From: Macrostomum lignano
Taxonomy: Eukaryota
Direction of reading: 5' to 3'
Assembly (NCBI GenBank): GCA_002269645.1
Contig: NIVC01000814.1
Span: 124,001 to 188,000 of the forward strand
DNA: 64,000 bases
Positions within the stretch are counted from its first letter, which is position 1. Each line of letters begins with the position of its first letter. The notes beneath the pieces were generated by a model. It was not told the origin of the DNA. It made no database searches and saw nothing but the letters and a program-made list of their open reading frames with translations. The position numbers were made by a program, and so were the translations under genes. This document shows, piece by piece, positions 51,188 through 62,689 of the stretch.

Positions 51188-51830
51188 AAGCAGTCTGCTA
51201 TCACATCCCTAAATTGAGCAGTCTGCTATCACAGATCCCCAGATTGAGCAGTCTGCTATCACAGATCCCCAGATTGAGCATTCTGCTATCACAGATCCCC
51301 AGATTGAGCAGTCTGCTATCACAGATCCCCAGATAAAGCAGTCTGCTATCACAGATCCCCAGATAAAGCAGTCTGCTATCACAGATCCCCAGATAAAGCA
51401 GTCTGCTATCACAGATCCCCAGATAAAGCAGTCTGCTATCACAGATCCCCAGATAAAGCAGTCTGCTATCACAGATCCCCAGATAAAGCAGTCTGCTATC
51501 ACAGATCCCCAGATTGAGCAGTCTGCTATCACAGATCCCCAGATTGAGCAGTCTGCTATCACAGATCCCCAGATTGAGCAGTCTGCTATCACAGATCCCC
51601 AGATTGAGCAGTCTGCGATCCCCAGATTGAGCAGTCTGCGATCCCCAGATTGAGCAGTCTGCTATCACAGATCCCCAGATTGAGCAGTCTGCTCTCACAG
51701 ATCCCCAGATTGAGCAGTCTGCTATCACAGATCCCCAGATTGAGCAGTCTGCTATCACAGATCCCCAGATTGAGCAGTCTGCTATCACAGATCCCCAGAT
51801 AAAGCAGTCTGCTATCACAAATCCCCAAAT
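51188..51830. repeat. Minisatellite, 30-bp unit GCAGTCTGCTATCACAGATCCCCAGAT(TG/AA)A
   Basis: Direct reading. Confidence 0.95.
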
Positions 51831-52404
51831 TGAAATGCTATTGCCCTTCATATCTTCAGGGTTGTAAGTCATGTTATCTTGCAGATTAAATTATGTCTTG
51901 CTGAAGCAGAGGTTTTGCCCTATAATATATAATCATTTCCTAAATAGTCTTCTGGTTTGAATGTTTTTTTGTTTTCAGTTTTTTGTTAAACTCGCCTAGC
52001 TTGAAGGTTATTGCTGTACATATAATTTTTAATACTTTAATTAGTATCAACAACCAATCAGACCTGGATTAGTCTTCTTCGTTGCCAATTTTCTCAGGTC
52101 AATTTATTTAATAATTATCTGCAGTTCTGCTTAGTTGCTCTACTGGAAATTATACTTTAATGCCGGTTGATTCACTTCTCATTGCACAACGCTTGGTGCT
52201 GCTGCTGCTGCTTTGAGATGAAACAAAAAACTCTAGAAATTCCTTATCCTCATTTGCGTCAGGTGAGTATTATGTACATAGAAATTCTGCGTCCTTGTCA
52301 AATACCTGTCACTCTCTTTATGTAGCTGCCCTGTTTGACTTGTGCGATAGAAAACTGCTGAATTTGCTTTTAAAAGGTCAGCGGTATTTTTATGGTCTCT
52401 TTTA

Positions 52405-53170
52405 AAGCCGCTGGTCCTTTGTATTTGGGTCCTTTGGGAGGCTGCTGGTCCTTTGTATTTGGGTCCTTTGGGAGGCTGCTGGTCCTTTGTATTTGGGTCT
52501 TTAGTGAGGCCGCTGGTCCTTTGTATTTGGGTCCTTTGGGAGGCTGCTGGTCCTTTGTATTTGGGTCTTTCGGGAGGCTGCTGGTCCTTTGTATTTGGGT
52601 CTTTGGGAGGCTGCTGGTCCTTTGTATTTGGGTCTTTCGGGAGGCTGCTGGTCCTTTGTATTTGGGTCTTTCGGGAGGCTGCTGGTCCTTTGTATTTGGG
52701 TCTTTTGGGAGGCTGCTGGTCCTTTGTATTTGGGTCTTTGGGAGGCTGCTGGTCCTTTGTATTTGGGTCCTTTGGGAGGCTGCTGGTCCTTTGTATTTGG
52801 GTCTTTCGGGAGGCTGCTGGTCCTTTGTATTTGGGTCTTTTGGGAGGCTGCTGGTCCTTTGTATTTGGGTCCTTTGGGAGGCTGCTGGTCCTTTGTATTT
52901 GGGTCCTTTGGGAGGCTGCTGGTCCTTTGTATTTGGGTCCTTTGGGAGGCTGCTGGTCCTTTGTATTTGGGTCCTTTGGGAGGCTGCTGGTCCTTTGTAT
53001 TTGGGTCCTTTGGGAGGCTGCTGGTCCTTTGTTTTTGGGTCCTTTGGGAGGCTGCTGGTCCTTTGTATTTGGGTCCTTTGGGAGGCTGCTGGTCCTTTGT
53101 ATTTGGGTCCTTTGGGAAGCCGCTGGTCCTTTGTTGTATTTGAGTCTTTAGTGAGGCCGCTGGTCCTTGA
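52405..53170. repeat. Minisatellite, ~34-bp unit GTATTTGGGTCCTTTGGGAGGCTGCTGGTCCTTT
   Basis: Direct reading. Confidence 0.95.
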
Positions 53171-53655
53171 ATGGCAGCAAAAAACTGCAATTTTCAATCG
53201 CACTGATTCTCATCATCAACGCAATGAATGACTTAGCGCAGCAATCAATGTATTTGAGCGCCAATTCATTCATCATTTTAATTATCTTTCATTCGTATCA
53301 GCGAAAACTCGTCTATTATGTTGATTGTCGTGATTGCGTAAGTTTTTCAACTTAAAATCTTTACAGGTTTAGCGTGCGTTAGTTTTTATCGCCCTTAAAA
53401 GTTTGTTTACTTCTGTGCTTGGCTAACTGCATATATTTTTGTTTAAATATTTGCTTTCACATGTTTAGCCTGTTTGACGGATTGTACACAGGGCGCGCGC
53501 GGCCTGCAAATTGTGTCTCATTTTTCATCGATCGCTTCATTTAAATAAAACTTCATTACTGACATCAACTAATTTCGATGTTGTCCTTTTTTACTTTAAG
53601 TAGTATTTTAATACTATTAGTAGTATTCTTAGTTCTTCTGTCTAGACTACAGCTT

Positions 53656-53925
53656 GGGGTTTTAGCCTAGTGGTTAGAACGTCGGACTCACGACTGAAAG
53701 GTCGGGAGTTCGATTCCTGACCCATTTTTTCGGAACTATTTGTGTCTTTGAGCAAGACACTTGAAGCATTGCTGGGGTAATTGAGGGTGTGTGTGGGGAC
53801 TCTCCAGTCCTTGGACTGAACAGCCGTAAGCAGCCTTCAGATGCGCCGCGCAATAGCTGCGGCTGAGCTGTCGGTTGCACACCTGGCCCATTAAGGCAGG
53901 TGTAATCAATTATTATTATTATCTT
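53656..53925 (+). mobile_element. tRNA-derived SINE, copy 2 (central CORE segment deleted), (TTA)n tail
   Basis: TAGCCTAGTGG, GAGTTCGATTCC, GTGTCTTTGAGCAAGACAC, and CCAGTCCTTGGACTGAACAGCC shared with copy 1. Ends AGGCAGGTGTAATCAATTATTATTATTAT. Confidence 0.72.
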
Positions 53926-54152
53926 TATAGAGGTAGTCGCACTTTCATACTATGTTGGCCCTTATTGGTGCAGTTAACGCGCGGAAGCTTGCTGAAATTC
54001 TATGTACTTCGTAAAAGTGATAATAATGTAAAATAAAATATTCTTTCGAATGCATGATGACGTGAACCAAGGGCCCCTTCCTCAGTCCGGAGAACTCCCT
54101 CCAGATCTCCTTGATCTGTACTTTAAACAATTCCTATTGGAGATCAGAGAGA

Positions 54153-56312
54153 ATGAAACTTCGCGGCCTATTAGAAAGCCTTAACCCATGGCGCCTGCTA
54201 GCCTATGCGAGTGTATTGTTTTTCTGTTTATTGTTCTGCCTCAGATTGGACAGTTCAATACAGTGCAGCTGGTGGCTTGTGTTCTCGCCGCTGTTGCTAT
54301 GGAAACTAGGCGTCATAATTGGCTGCGTTATGGGTTGCGTTCGTTATAGACAGATTGGTGAGTTACACTGGATTGTTTTTTTTCACTATTTTCTTCCAGC
54401 TAAAATTGCTGTTTTAAAATCAATTGCTTTAAACACGTTCACATAAGAGAGTTCTTATGGACCTTAAAGAATCGCTTCGGACCTTCTCGGGCCTTTAAAA
54501 TCACTTCAGATCTTGGATCTACAAATGGCCTCAGACCCTCTCGGCCCTTTCAAAATCGCCTTGGACCCTCCCGTCCCTTTCAAAATCGCCTTGGACCCTC
54601 TCGGCCCTTTCAAAATCGCCTTGGACCCTCTCGTCCCTTTCAAAATCGCCTTGGACCCTCTCGGCCCTTTCAAAATCGCCTTGGACCCTCTCGGCCCTTT
54701 CAAAATCGCCTTGGACCCTCTCGGCCCTTTCAAAATCGCCTTGGACCCTCTCGGCCCTTTCAAAATCGCCTTGGACCCTCTCGGCCCTTTCAAAATCGCC
54801 TTGGACCCTCTCGGCTCTTTCAAAATCGCCTTTGACCCTCTCGGCCCTTTCAAAATCGCCTTGGACCCTCTCGGCCCTTTCAAATTCGCCTCGGACCCTC
54901 TCGGCCCTTTCAAAATCGCCTTGGACCCTCTCGGCCCTTTGAAATTCGCCTTGGACCCTCTCGGCCCTTTCAAAATCGCCTTGGACCCTCTCGGCCCTTT
55001 CAAATTCGCCTTGGTTCCTCTCGGCCCTTTCAAATTCGCCTTGGATCCTCTCGGCCCTTTCAAAATCGCCTTGGACCCTCTCGGCCCTTTCAAAATCGCC
55101 TTGGACCCTCTCGGCCCTTTGAAATTCGCCTTGGACCCTCTCGGCCCTTTCAAAATCGCCTTGGACCCTCTCGGCCCTTTCAAAATCGTCTTGGACCCTC
55201 TCGGGCCTTTAAAAATCGCCTCAAACCAAATCCCTAGCCTGACTATATTCAATTATCGCATATAAATCGCTAATCCAGGCCCCAGTCGCTGGGATCAGCT
55301 AATCCAATTCCGAGCTATGCTACTCAGCTCCCTACTACTCGGTCTACTATTAGCATTCGAAATTCTCGCCTGTCTCCGTTTGGAGCACGAACTGTTGCGC
55401 TGGACTCTTGTCGTCATACCATTGCTAGCCTTGGCAGTTGTAGGCATCGGCGGTGTAATCTGGTCTCTTCGACACGATCGGACCTGCGATTTGGAATTGT
55501 TCTGCGCCTCAAATCTACTCCAATTTATATTTTTAGCCTTGCAACTTGACGAATTAATTACCTGGTCCTGGGGCTTTGTACTCATCCCGCTGTGGATTGC
55601 ACTGTGCGTAGCTATCATCCTGGTTGTGTACAGCGTCATCTTGGCCGTACTGCTTCTCAGATCTAGTCAGGCCGCCACCGCAGCTAGAGGCCTCGCCCGG
55701 CAATCTTTGCACGTAGCTTTAGGCTACTCCGCCGCTGCTATACCAATGCTAGCATTCTGCGTATTAATCACTGAGAAGTTGGATCAGAGAATGCATATTA
55801 ACTATCTTACAGCCGGTTGTCCTTTGTTGTTATCTCTGGTAGCAATGTGCTGCTTAGCCTGCTATAGCCGAAAATGTAACATCTGGTGGTTTGGTATTGG
55901 CAAAGAGTTTGCACAATTCCTTCTAGAAGCTTGTCCGCTATTGCAAGAGTACGCTAATGTTAGTTATAAGACTGTGCCGCAGGCGCAGAGACAATCGCAG
56001 CTGGATCAGCAAGGCCAGCAGCAGTCGCCTTCACAGTCTCAGTCTGTATCGCCCCAGCCTTCAACGTCCCAGCGTCCAGAGGATGGTCCGTCGAGTGCGT
56101 CAACAGCTTCAGCAATAGTTGTTGCTAATAGTCCGACAACTGGATTAGCTTCTGGCAGCGACGAGCACCGACTTACGGATTGTTTTGAGCAGAAATTTCT
56201 ATTCCTAAATCAGCAGCAGAAGCTAGAACAGCTACAGTATTGCTGCGGTTGCGAAAGTAATGGAAACTGTTTAGCGCACAATGAAACATTATGCATTCGT
56301 GTGCCGGATTAA
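54153..56312 (+). CDS. TMEM185: Transmembrane protein 185 family, 2 exons
   Basis: Exons 54153-54357 (MKLRGLLESLNPWRLL...LRLD..I..SWW.VFSP..LWK) and 55279-56312 (FRAMLL...FEILAC; LFCASNLLQFIFLALQLD; WWFGIGKEF..FLLEACP.LQEYANVSY). The phase-1 GT-AG intron contains a 30-bp minisatellite. Confidence 0.88.
54455..55225. repeat. Intronic minisatellite, 30-bp unit TTCAAAATCGCCTTGGACCCTCTCGGCCCT, ~25 copies
   Basis: Direct reading. Confidence 0.95.
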
Positions 56313-56409
56313 TTGATACCTAATTATCATCATGTAATTTTAATTAGTGGCTATGTAGCTTTTACAAGCTAGTATAATAGTAATAATAGACTTTTAAGTC
56401 ATTGTTTCA

Positions 56410-56965
56410 ACCGTGTAATCCGATGACATTGGTCACAGTCGTATGATCGTGCATTGTGACCATGGATAGCATTGGTCACAGCCGTGTGATCGTGCATTGT
56501 GACCATGGATAGCATTGGTCACAACCGTGTGATCGTGCATTGTGACCATGGATAGCATTAATCACAACCGTGTGATCGTGCATTGTGACCATGGATAGCA
56601 TTGGTCACAGCCGTGTAATCGTGCATTGTGACCATGGATAGCATTGGTCACAGTCGTATGATCGTGCATTGTGACCATGGATAGCATTGGTCACAGCCGT
56701 GTGATCGTATATTGTGACCATGGATAGCATTAGTCACAACCGTGTGATCGTGCATTGTGACCATGGATTGCATTGGTCACAACCGTGTGATCGTGCATTG
56801 TGACCATGGATAGCATTGGTCACAGCCGTGTGATCGTGCATTGTGACCATGGATTGCATTGGTCACAACCGTGTGATAGTGCATTGTGACCATGGATAGC
56901 ATTGGTCACAACCGTTTGATCGTGCATTGTGACCATGGATATAGCATTGGCCACAACAGTGTGAT
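56410..56965. repeat. 43-bp hairpin-bearing tandem repeat just 3' of the TMEM185 stop, ~12 copies
   Basis: Unit CATGGATAGCATTGGTCACAGCCGTGTGATCGTGCATTGTGAC. Confidence 0.93.
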
Positions 56966-58989
56966 TGTAAATTGTTACAATGCTTTTTATAGGTAGTTTT
57001 ACATATAATAATTTAACGGTCTGTTACAATAACATTCAGCTTTGCCAACAATGCATGCAAATAGGTATGCCATAATGCTTACCTACAAGTTATTGCCTAG
57101 TCTGTTATTTTATTCAATGCATAATTAAGCAATTTTCCATTTTTCACACATTATTTTGCATATCATTTCCAGAAAAGAAACATAATTAATATTTTGGCGC
57201 CATCACTTTGTGAAAAGAAACTATTGTCTAATATCGTTGGTTATCAGTCAGTTTCGTCAGTTGTTACTTGTAATAAATTTTATATTAAATGCTCTCGTTG
57301 TTTTTATTTGACCGAACTACTGGCTTTATACTAATTTTTAAACAGTACTGCATTCAATACTACTAGATGTTAAATGTCAGTAGTAAAAGTATTTTTGCTA
57401 ACTTCCATGTATTTCTGTTTTCATATTTGTTTTTCTCAAGAGTTCGAAGACAAAGAGTTCAAAGTTTATTGATGTAGAACAACTTCCTGAAATATCCCAA
57501 CTTAAGTCATGTCTACCAAAAAATTCCGACAGACGTTCCCAGATAAATCCCCTTAGAGATCACAGACACGATCATGGACATTCGGCAGACATTCCCTGGA
57601 ATCCCATATACATTCTGTAGGTATCCCGTAGACAACCAATAGACATTCTGTAGATATCCTGTAGACATCCAATAGACATTCTGTAGATATCCTGTAGTCA
57701 TCCAATAGACATTCTGTAGGCATTCCCTATAGACATAGATATCCCATCCAATGGACATTCTCCCATAGGACGTGCCCTAGATACCAATCTAGCTTATGTA
57801 CATCCCTATAGAAAACCCACAGACACTAGTGCAGTCAACCTTCCTTATACATCACACCGGTTTATCAATACAGACCCAGTTAAAAATGACAGATTTTAAG
57901 ACAAAATATTACCTGTCTGCGTTTGTTTTTTATAAATATGGTTGCTCATCCATTACTGTACATGAATATGCTTTTTAAAAAATGCGCACTGTACACAATG
58001 CACTAATATTATTGTGAACTGCTTTTTTGAAAATATGGTCGTACACATCATTTATCACTTCCTACTTTTTTCCACATTTTGCCATCTTAATGTCTAATTT
58101 AGTAATATAATTTGTTTAGCTATTTATAGTTTGAAAATTAGATAATTCACTGCATCTACTATTGCAATAATACTTCTACTCAATACTGAGGGTGAGCCAG
58201 TTTAAAATATAGGATATTTTTGCATAATACAATCAGGTGTTGTATTCTTCTTAGTCAAAGTTTTTTGAGCGTGAAATTTTTTTCGATTAGTTTGAGATTA
58301 TCATTAAAATCATATCGTGTGCTAAGTCAGATTAGTTTTAATATTATTTATTATTTTCTCGCCCCTTCGAGTACAAGGGTACTGCATGATTTAATTTATT
58401 ATTTTTATTATATAAACCTTTGGCTCTTGCAATTTTTTAATGTTGTACGGTACTGTCCAATGGTTACTAAATATAGTGTGTAGTTCAATTTTTGGCCAGT
58501 TATAGCATCATGATCACTATATAATTGTTTTAATCTAACGACGACTTTATTGCTTCTTGGCTTAGTCGTTTCTGTGTGTTTCTTTAATATTTTTACTAAT
58601 GTGAACGCTTACTTTTGTTATTATTATTAGTCGGCGCTTTTTGCAGTGTTGTTTACACACCTGAACAGTTGCTATAAGCGCTATCTACATGTAAAAATAC
58701 ACTTTTGGGACCCTATTTTCCTGTTGATGCGATCAATGTATCAATATTTGATAGCTTGGCGTTTCCATGCAAAGGAAGCCATTTGATTTGCCGTTAAGTT
58801 TTTGGTACTATTTATTTGTCAACCATTATACGAGCTATTATTGATATGCCTATAAATTTTATGCGTGTTAAGGTGTATTGTGAAGCAACATCAAATGCAA
58901 TGTATGTACTAATAAGTTGCATGTAAGTATGCAAGTAAAAGTATGCCTAGTTTTAATCTAAATCTACTTGAAGAACGCTAGTCGAAGTC

Positions 58990-59158
58990 CAGGCGCGGAT
59001 CCAGAAAAATTTTTGAGGGCCTATAAGCTATAAGTATACCAAGCACTACATGTACAATCCAGTATAGGAAAATAGACCTGGCGTAGTTGCAACCGAAAAA
59101 GGTATGGCCCAATTTTAATTTGTCCGCGGCAGAGAGGGGTTCCCTAGATCCGCCTATG
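58990..59158. mobile_element. Short MITE with GGCGGATC-type TIR and 8-bp TSD
   Basis: CAGGCGCGGATCCAG ... CTAGATCCGCCTATG, flanked by TCGAAGTC and CCGAAGTC. Confidence 0.6.
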
Positions 59159-60432
59159 CCGAAGTCTACTTCAGTTGTTCATGGTACGCGTCGAAATATT
59201 GCGTCACTGTTGCGCCACTTCTTAGGGTGCGGATCAGTATTAGAATATACGAGTATTAATAAAATACGACGCCCTACCTGCGGCTTGATGTGGTTATCAT
59301 CTCAAAGCGCCAGCAGACGCCCTTTTCGCACGTGATTTGCATAATTTTACTATCATAACTTCTAGAGTTTTGATTGTCCTTGAGATCCCATGTAGACATT
59401 AGTTATCGTTAATTTTTGCGGAGAAATAACAATTAGAATAACAAAACTTCGTTATATGACTACAACAATAAACTATACATTTGTTCAGCCCCAAAACTTT
59501 TTGTGCAGATAATTTTTGTATGTTCGAGATCGTGTAGATCTAATATTTGTGTCCTTAGCAGTAACTTAAATTAATTGATTTGATTGATATCGCTAATTAA
59601 TCGCGTTGCCGAAGAACTTCGATCACAAGACCTTTGCCGGTTCACACACATGTGCATGTACACGAGTTCACATTACCAAGTAGGTGATAAGTTAGCAGTC
59701 AGTCTAATAATTGCTGTCAGAAACTAGCGTTTAGATAAAAAAATAGTATGAACGATTGCTATTTGTCTTGTTTTGAGTTATCATGTATCTGTTCAGTGTC
59801 GATCCCAATATAATTAATTATTAAAAAAGGTTTGAATTCTAGAATCTAGTCGCTTTATAATTTGTCATAATCACAATATAATAAATCTCTAAGGTTTGTC
59901 CGGTATTTCATATTGACTATTGTCTGTCAGATGCCTATTTCGTAATATTTCTTTATTCAAAGTTTTTAGTTTTTTAGCTCTTGAGATTTTTTATTAGATA
60001 TTGAATTTGGAATCTAAAAGTACGTTAAGTATATTATCGGCTTAACGTAGCAATAACTTAGAATTTCATAATTTCAACGATGAGTTTCAAGCATTGACAT
60101 TTCCATTATTATTTATTTGGATTATTCCTATGTCATGTATTTAGTATAGCCAGCTAGCCTACTGGTCATTTGAATAAGTGTTAATTTAATGTTTGGGATT
60201 TTACTTATTAGATTTTACTCCATGTAAAAAATAAAGTATTGTGTATTACCAAGTATATATAAATTATAATATTTATTTCTTTTATTTATGCTTACATATT
60301 TAGCTTAGGCCTTGCTTTTTGGCTTTCTTATTATTGCTTTCTTATGATAGCTTTACTTAATAAGCATTATAATATCATTTTCTTTGGATTTTCAGCTCAA
60401 AGAAATAACAACTAAATGTTTGATCAGCAAAT

Positions 60433-62678
60433 ATGCCAATAAACTGCCCAAGCAATGATATTTCATCTGGCAAGCTCAAGACAGATTTGACAAAGTGTTC
60501 AGTGTCTTTTCAGCCACACACATGTGCATTTGCTTTGTTTGACAATGATTATAGAGATGAAAAAGACAGCTGTCTTCCAATCAAAGCAGGAGATGAATTG
60601 AAAGTTTATGAAAATTTTGAGGTAAATTTTTGTTTTGAATATTTCTATTTATAAGTATAATATAAATGTATACTTAACCTAACAACACTAGTATAGATGA
60701 CATATAAAGTAAGATTAATGAGAAAATCCCTTTTTCTAAAATAAAGTTGCTATGGTACAAAAAATTACATTAGAAACCTTTTTTTACATGTGCATCTTTT
60801 TATTATTCACTGAACAAAACTGTAGTTCTCTGTTATATATAACATTTTTTTTTAAAAAACTTCCAGGTATGTAAAAACAAATCTAAAATATTAAATTTTT
60901 ACTTTTTTTTACTGAACAATTTGCAAAAAAAGTGAAGTAAAATTTAAGCAGGCAATTCATTTTAAAATTTGCCTCTTGTAAAAGTGAAAGACTCGCATTT
61001 CTCCACTAATAAAACCTAGTACATGCTATAAAAACGACACTCCAACATGCCCAACCTTGAAACCAGGATTCCCCTTGGTTATTGGTTAAAAACGCTGCTG
61101 GAGCCACTGGCCTCGTCAACCTCAGCCACATTGCTAGTGCAGATGCACCCGACTTGCTCAACGACTATCCCTGGTTTCATGGCGCCGTAACCCGAGCCGA
61201 AACTGAACTACAATTGACGCCTCGAAGTATTGATGGCTTGTTCTTAGTTCGGATGAGCACTAATCATCCTGGGGATCTCACATTATCCGTTGTTTGTGAA
61301 GGCCAGGTACTCATTTACTATTGTTGGCTTAAATCACAGATTTTCTCACCACTGCTTGTGCTTTCTTGTTTACCCGTTGGCCCTTTGAATTTGTCTTCGG
61401 GTGACCCGATTCCCTTCTCCGATTTTGTCCTCAGGTGACCCGATTCCCTTCTCCGATTTTTTCCTCAGGTGACCTGATTCCCTACCCCGAGTTTGTCCTC
61501 AGGTGACCCGATTCCCTACTCCGAGTTTGTCCTCGGGTGACCTGATTCCCTACTCCGAGTTTGTCCTCAGGTGACCCGATTCCCTACTCCGAGTTTGTCC
61601 TCAGATGACCCGATTCCCTACTCCGAGTTTGTCCTCAGGTGACCTGATTCCCTACCCCGAGTTTGTCCTCAGGTGACCTGATTCCCTTCTCCGAGGTTGT
61701 CCTCAGGTGACCCGATTTCATTTTCAGGTGACCCCAGCTTGTCCTCAGGTGACCCGATTCTCTTCTCCGCGTTTGTCCTCAGGTGACCCGATTCTCTTCT
61801 CCGCGTTTGTCCTCAGGTGATCCGATTCTCTTCTCCGCGTTTGTCCTCAGGTGATCCTATTCTCTTCTCCGCGTTTGTCCTCAGGTGACCCGATTCTCTT
61901 CTCCGCGTTTGTCCTCAGGTGACCCGATTCCTGCTAGATCAAGCTTGTCTTCAAATGTCCTCAGGAGACCTAAGTTTATCCTCAGGTGACCCAAGCTTGT
62001 CCTCAGGTGACCCGATTTCATTCTCAGGTGAACCAACCTTGTCTTCAGGTGACCCAAGCTTGTCCTCAAATAGATCTCAGCTAATTTAAAGTCTTGAGCA
62101 AACCAACCATCCCGCCAGATTCGTCACTATCACATCCGGCGGGTCACTCTGCCTGGCCCAGCCGGTCGGCACTGCTACTCAATTAACGACAGCGAAGGTC
62201 GCTATTATCCACTCAGCGAGCTAGTAAGGCACTACGCAACTGACGTAGACGATCTCTGCTGTCAGCTGACTCAACCAGCCGTGGTCTCGCTGTCTGGCGC
62301 CTCGCTTAAGCTGTCTCCGAAGCAGCCACAGAAATCGCCAACTTCTTCCAGTAGGAAACCGGAATTAATGCTCCACGAAATTCTGGGCAAAGGCGAATTT
62401 GGCGAAGTACGCAAGGGCACCTACGGCGGCAGGGCGGTGGCTGTCAAGACTCTGCGAGAGGACGCCGATTCTGTCGCGTCGGCGGCGTTCGACGAAGAGG
62501 CCAGATTGATGCAATCGTTGAAACACGTTAATCTGGTTCGTTACGTAACTTTGAGAATATCTAGCGTCGGCCAGAGACAGCTAGTGACAGAATTTATGAG
62601 CTTGGGCTCGTTGCTTAATTATCTGCGTTCGAGAGGTCAGAGCGTAATTGGCGCCGATGATCAGCTGCGGTTTGCCAT
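60433..62678 (+). CDS. CSK: C-terminal Src kinase (SH3-SH2-tyrosine kinase), partial; continues beyond the window
   Basis: Exons 60433-60621 (SH3), 61067-61306 (PWFHG...GLFLVRMSTNHPGDLTLSV) and 62119-62678 (IRHYHI...; LGKGEFGEV..G.Y.G..VAVK...; GSLLNYLRSRGQSV). The GKGEFG and YLRSRG strings are Csk-typical. Confidence 0.88.
61395..62075. repeat. Intronic minisatellite, 34-bp unit TTGTCCTCAGGTGACCCGATTCCCTACTCCGAGT with 21-bp variants
   Basis: Direct reading. Confidence 0.92.
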
Positions 62679-62689
62679 GTGAGTTTTTT

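Noticed and set aside
53656-53730. Possible tRNA-Val gene (also 42749, 31108, 33559)
   Set aside because: Acceptor and anticodon stems are broken and each continues into a shared body, so these are SINE heads.
56410-56965. CRISPR-like appearance of palindromic repeats (also 44.1k, 48.4k)
   Set aside because: Units are contiguous with no unique spacers, there are no cas genes, and the context is eukaryotic.
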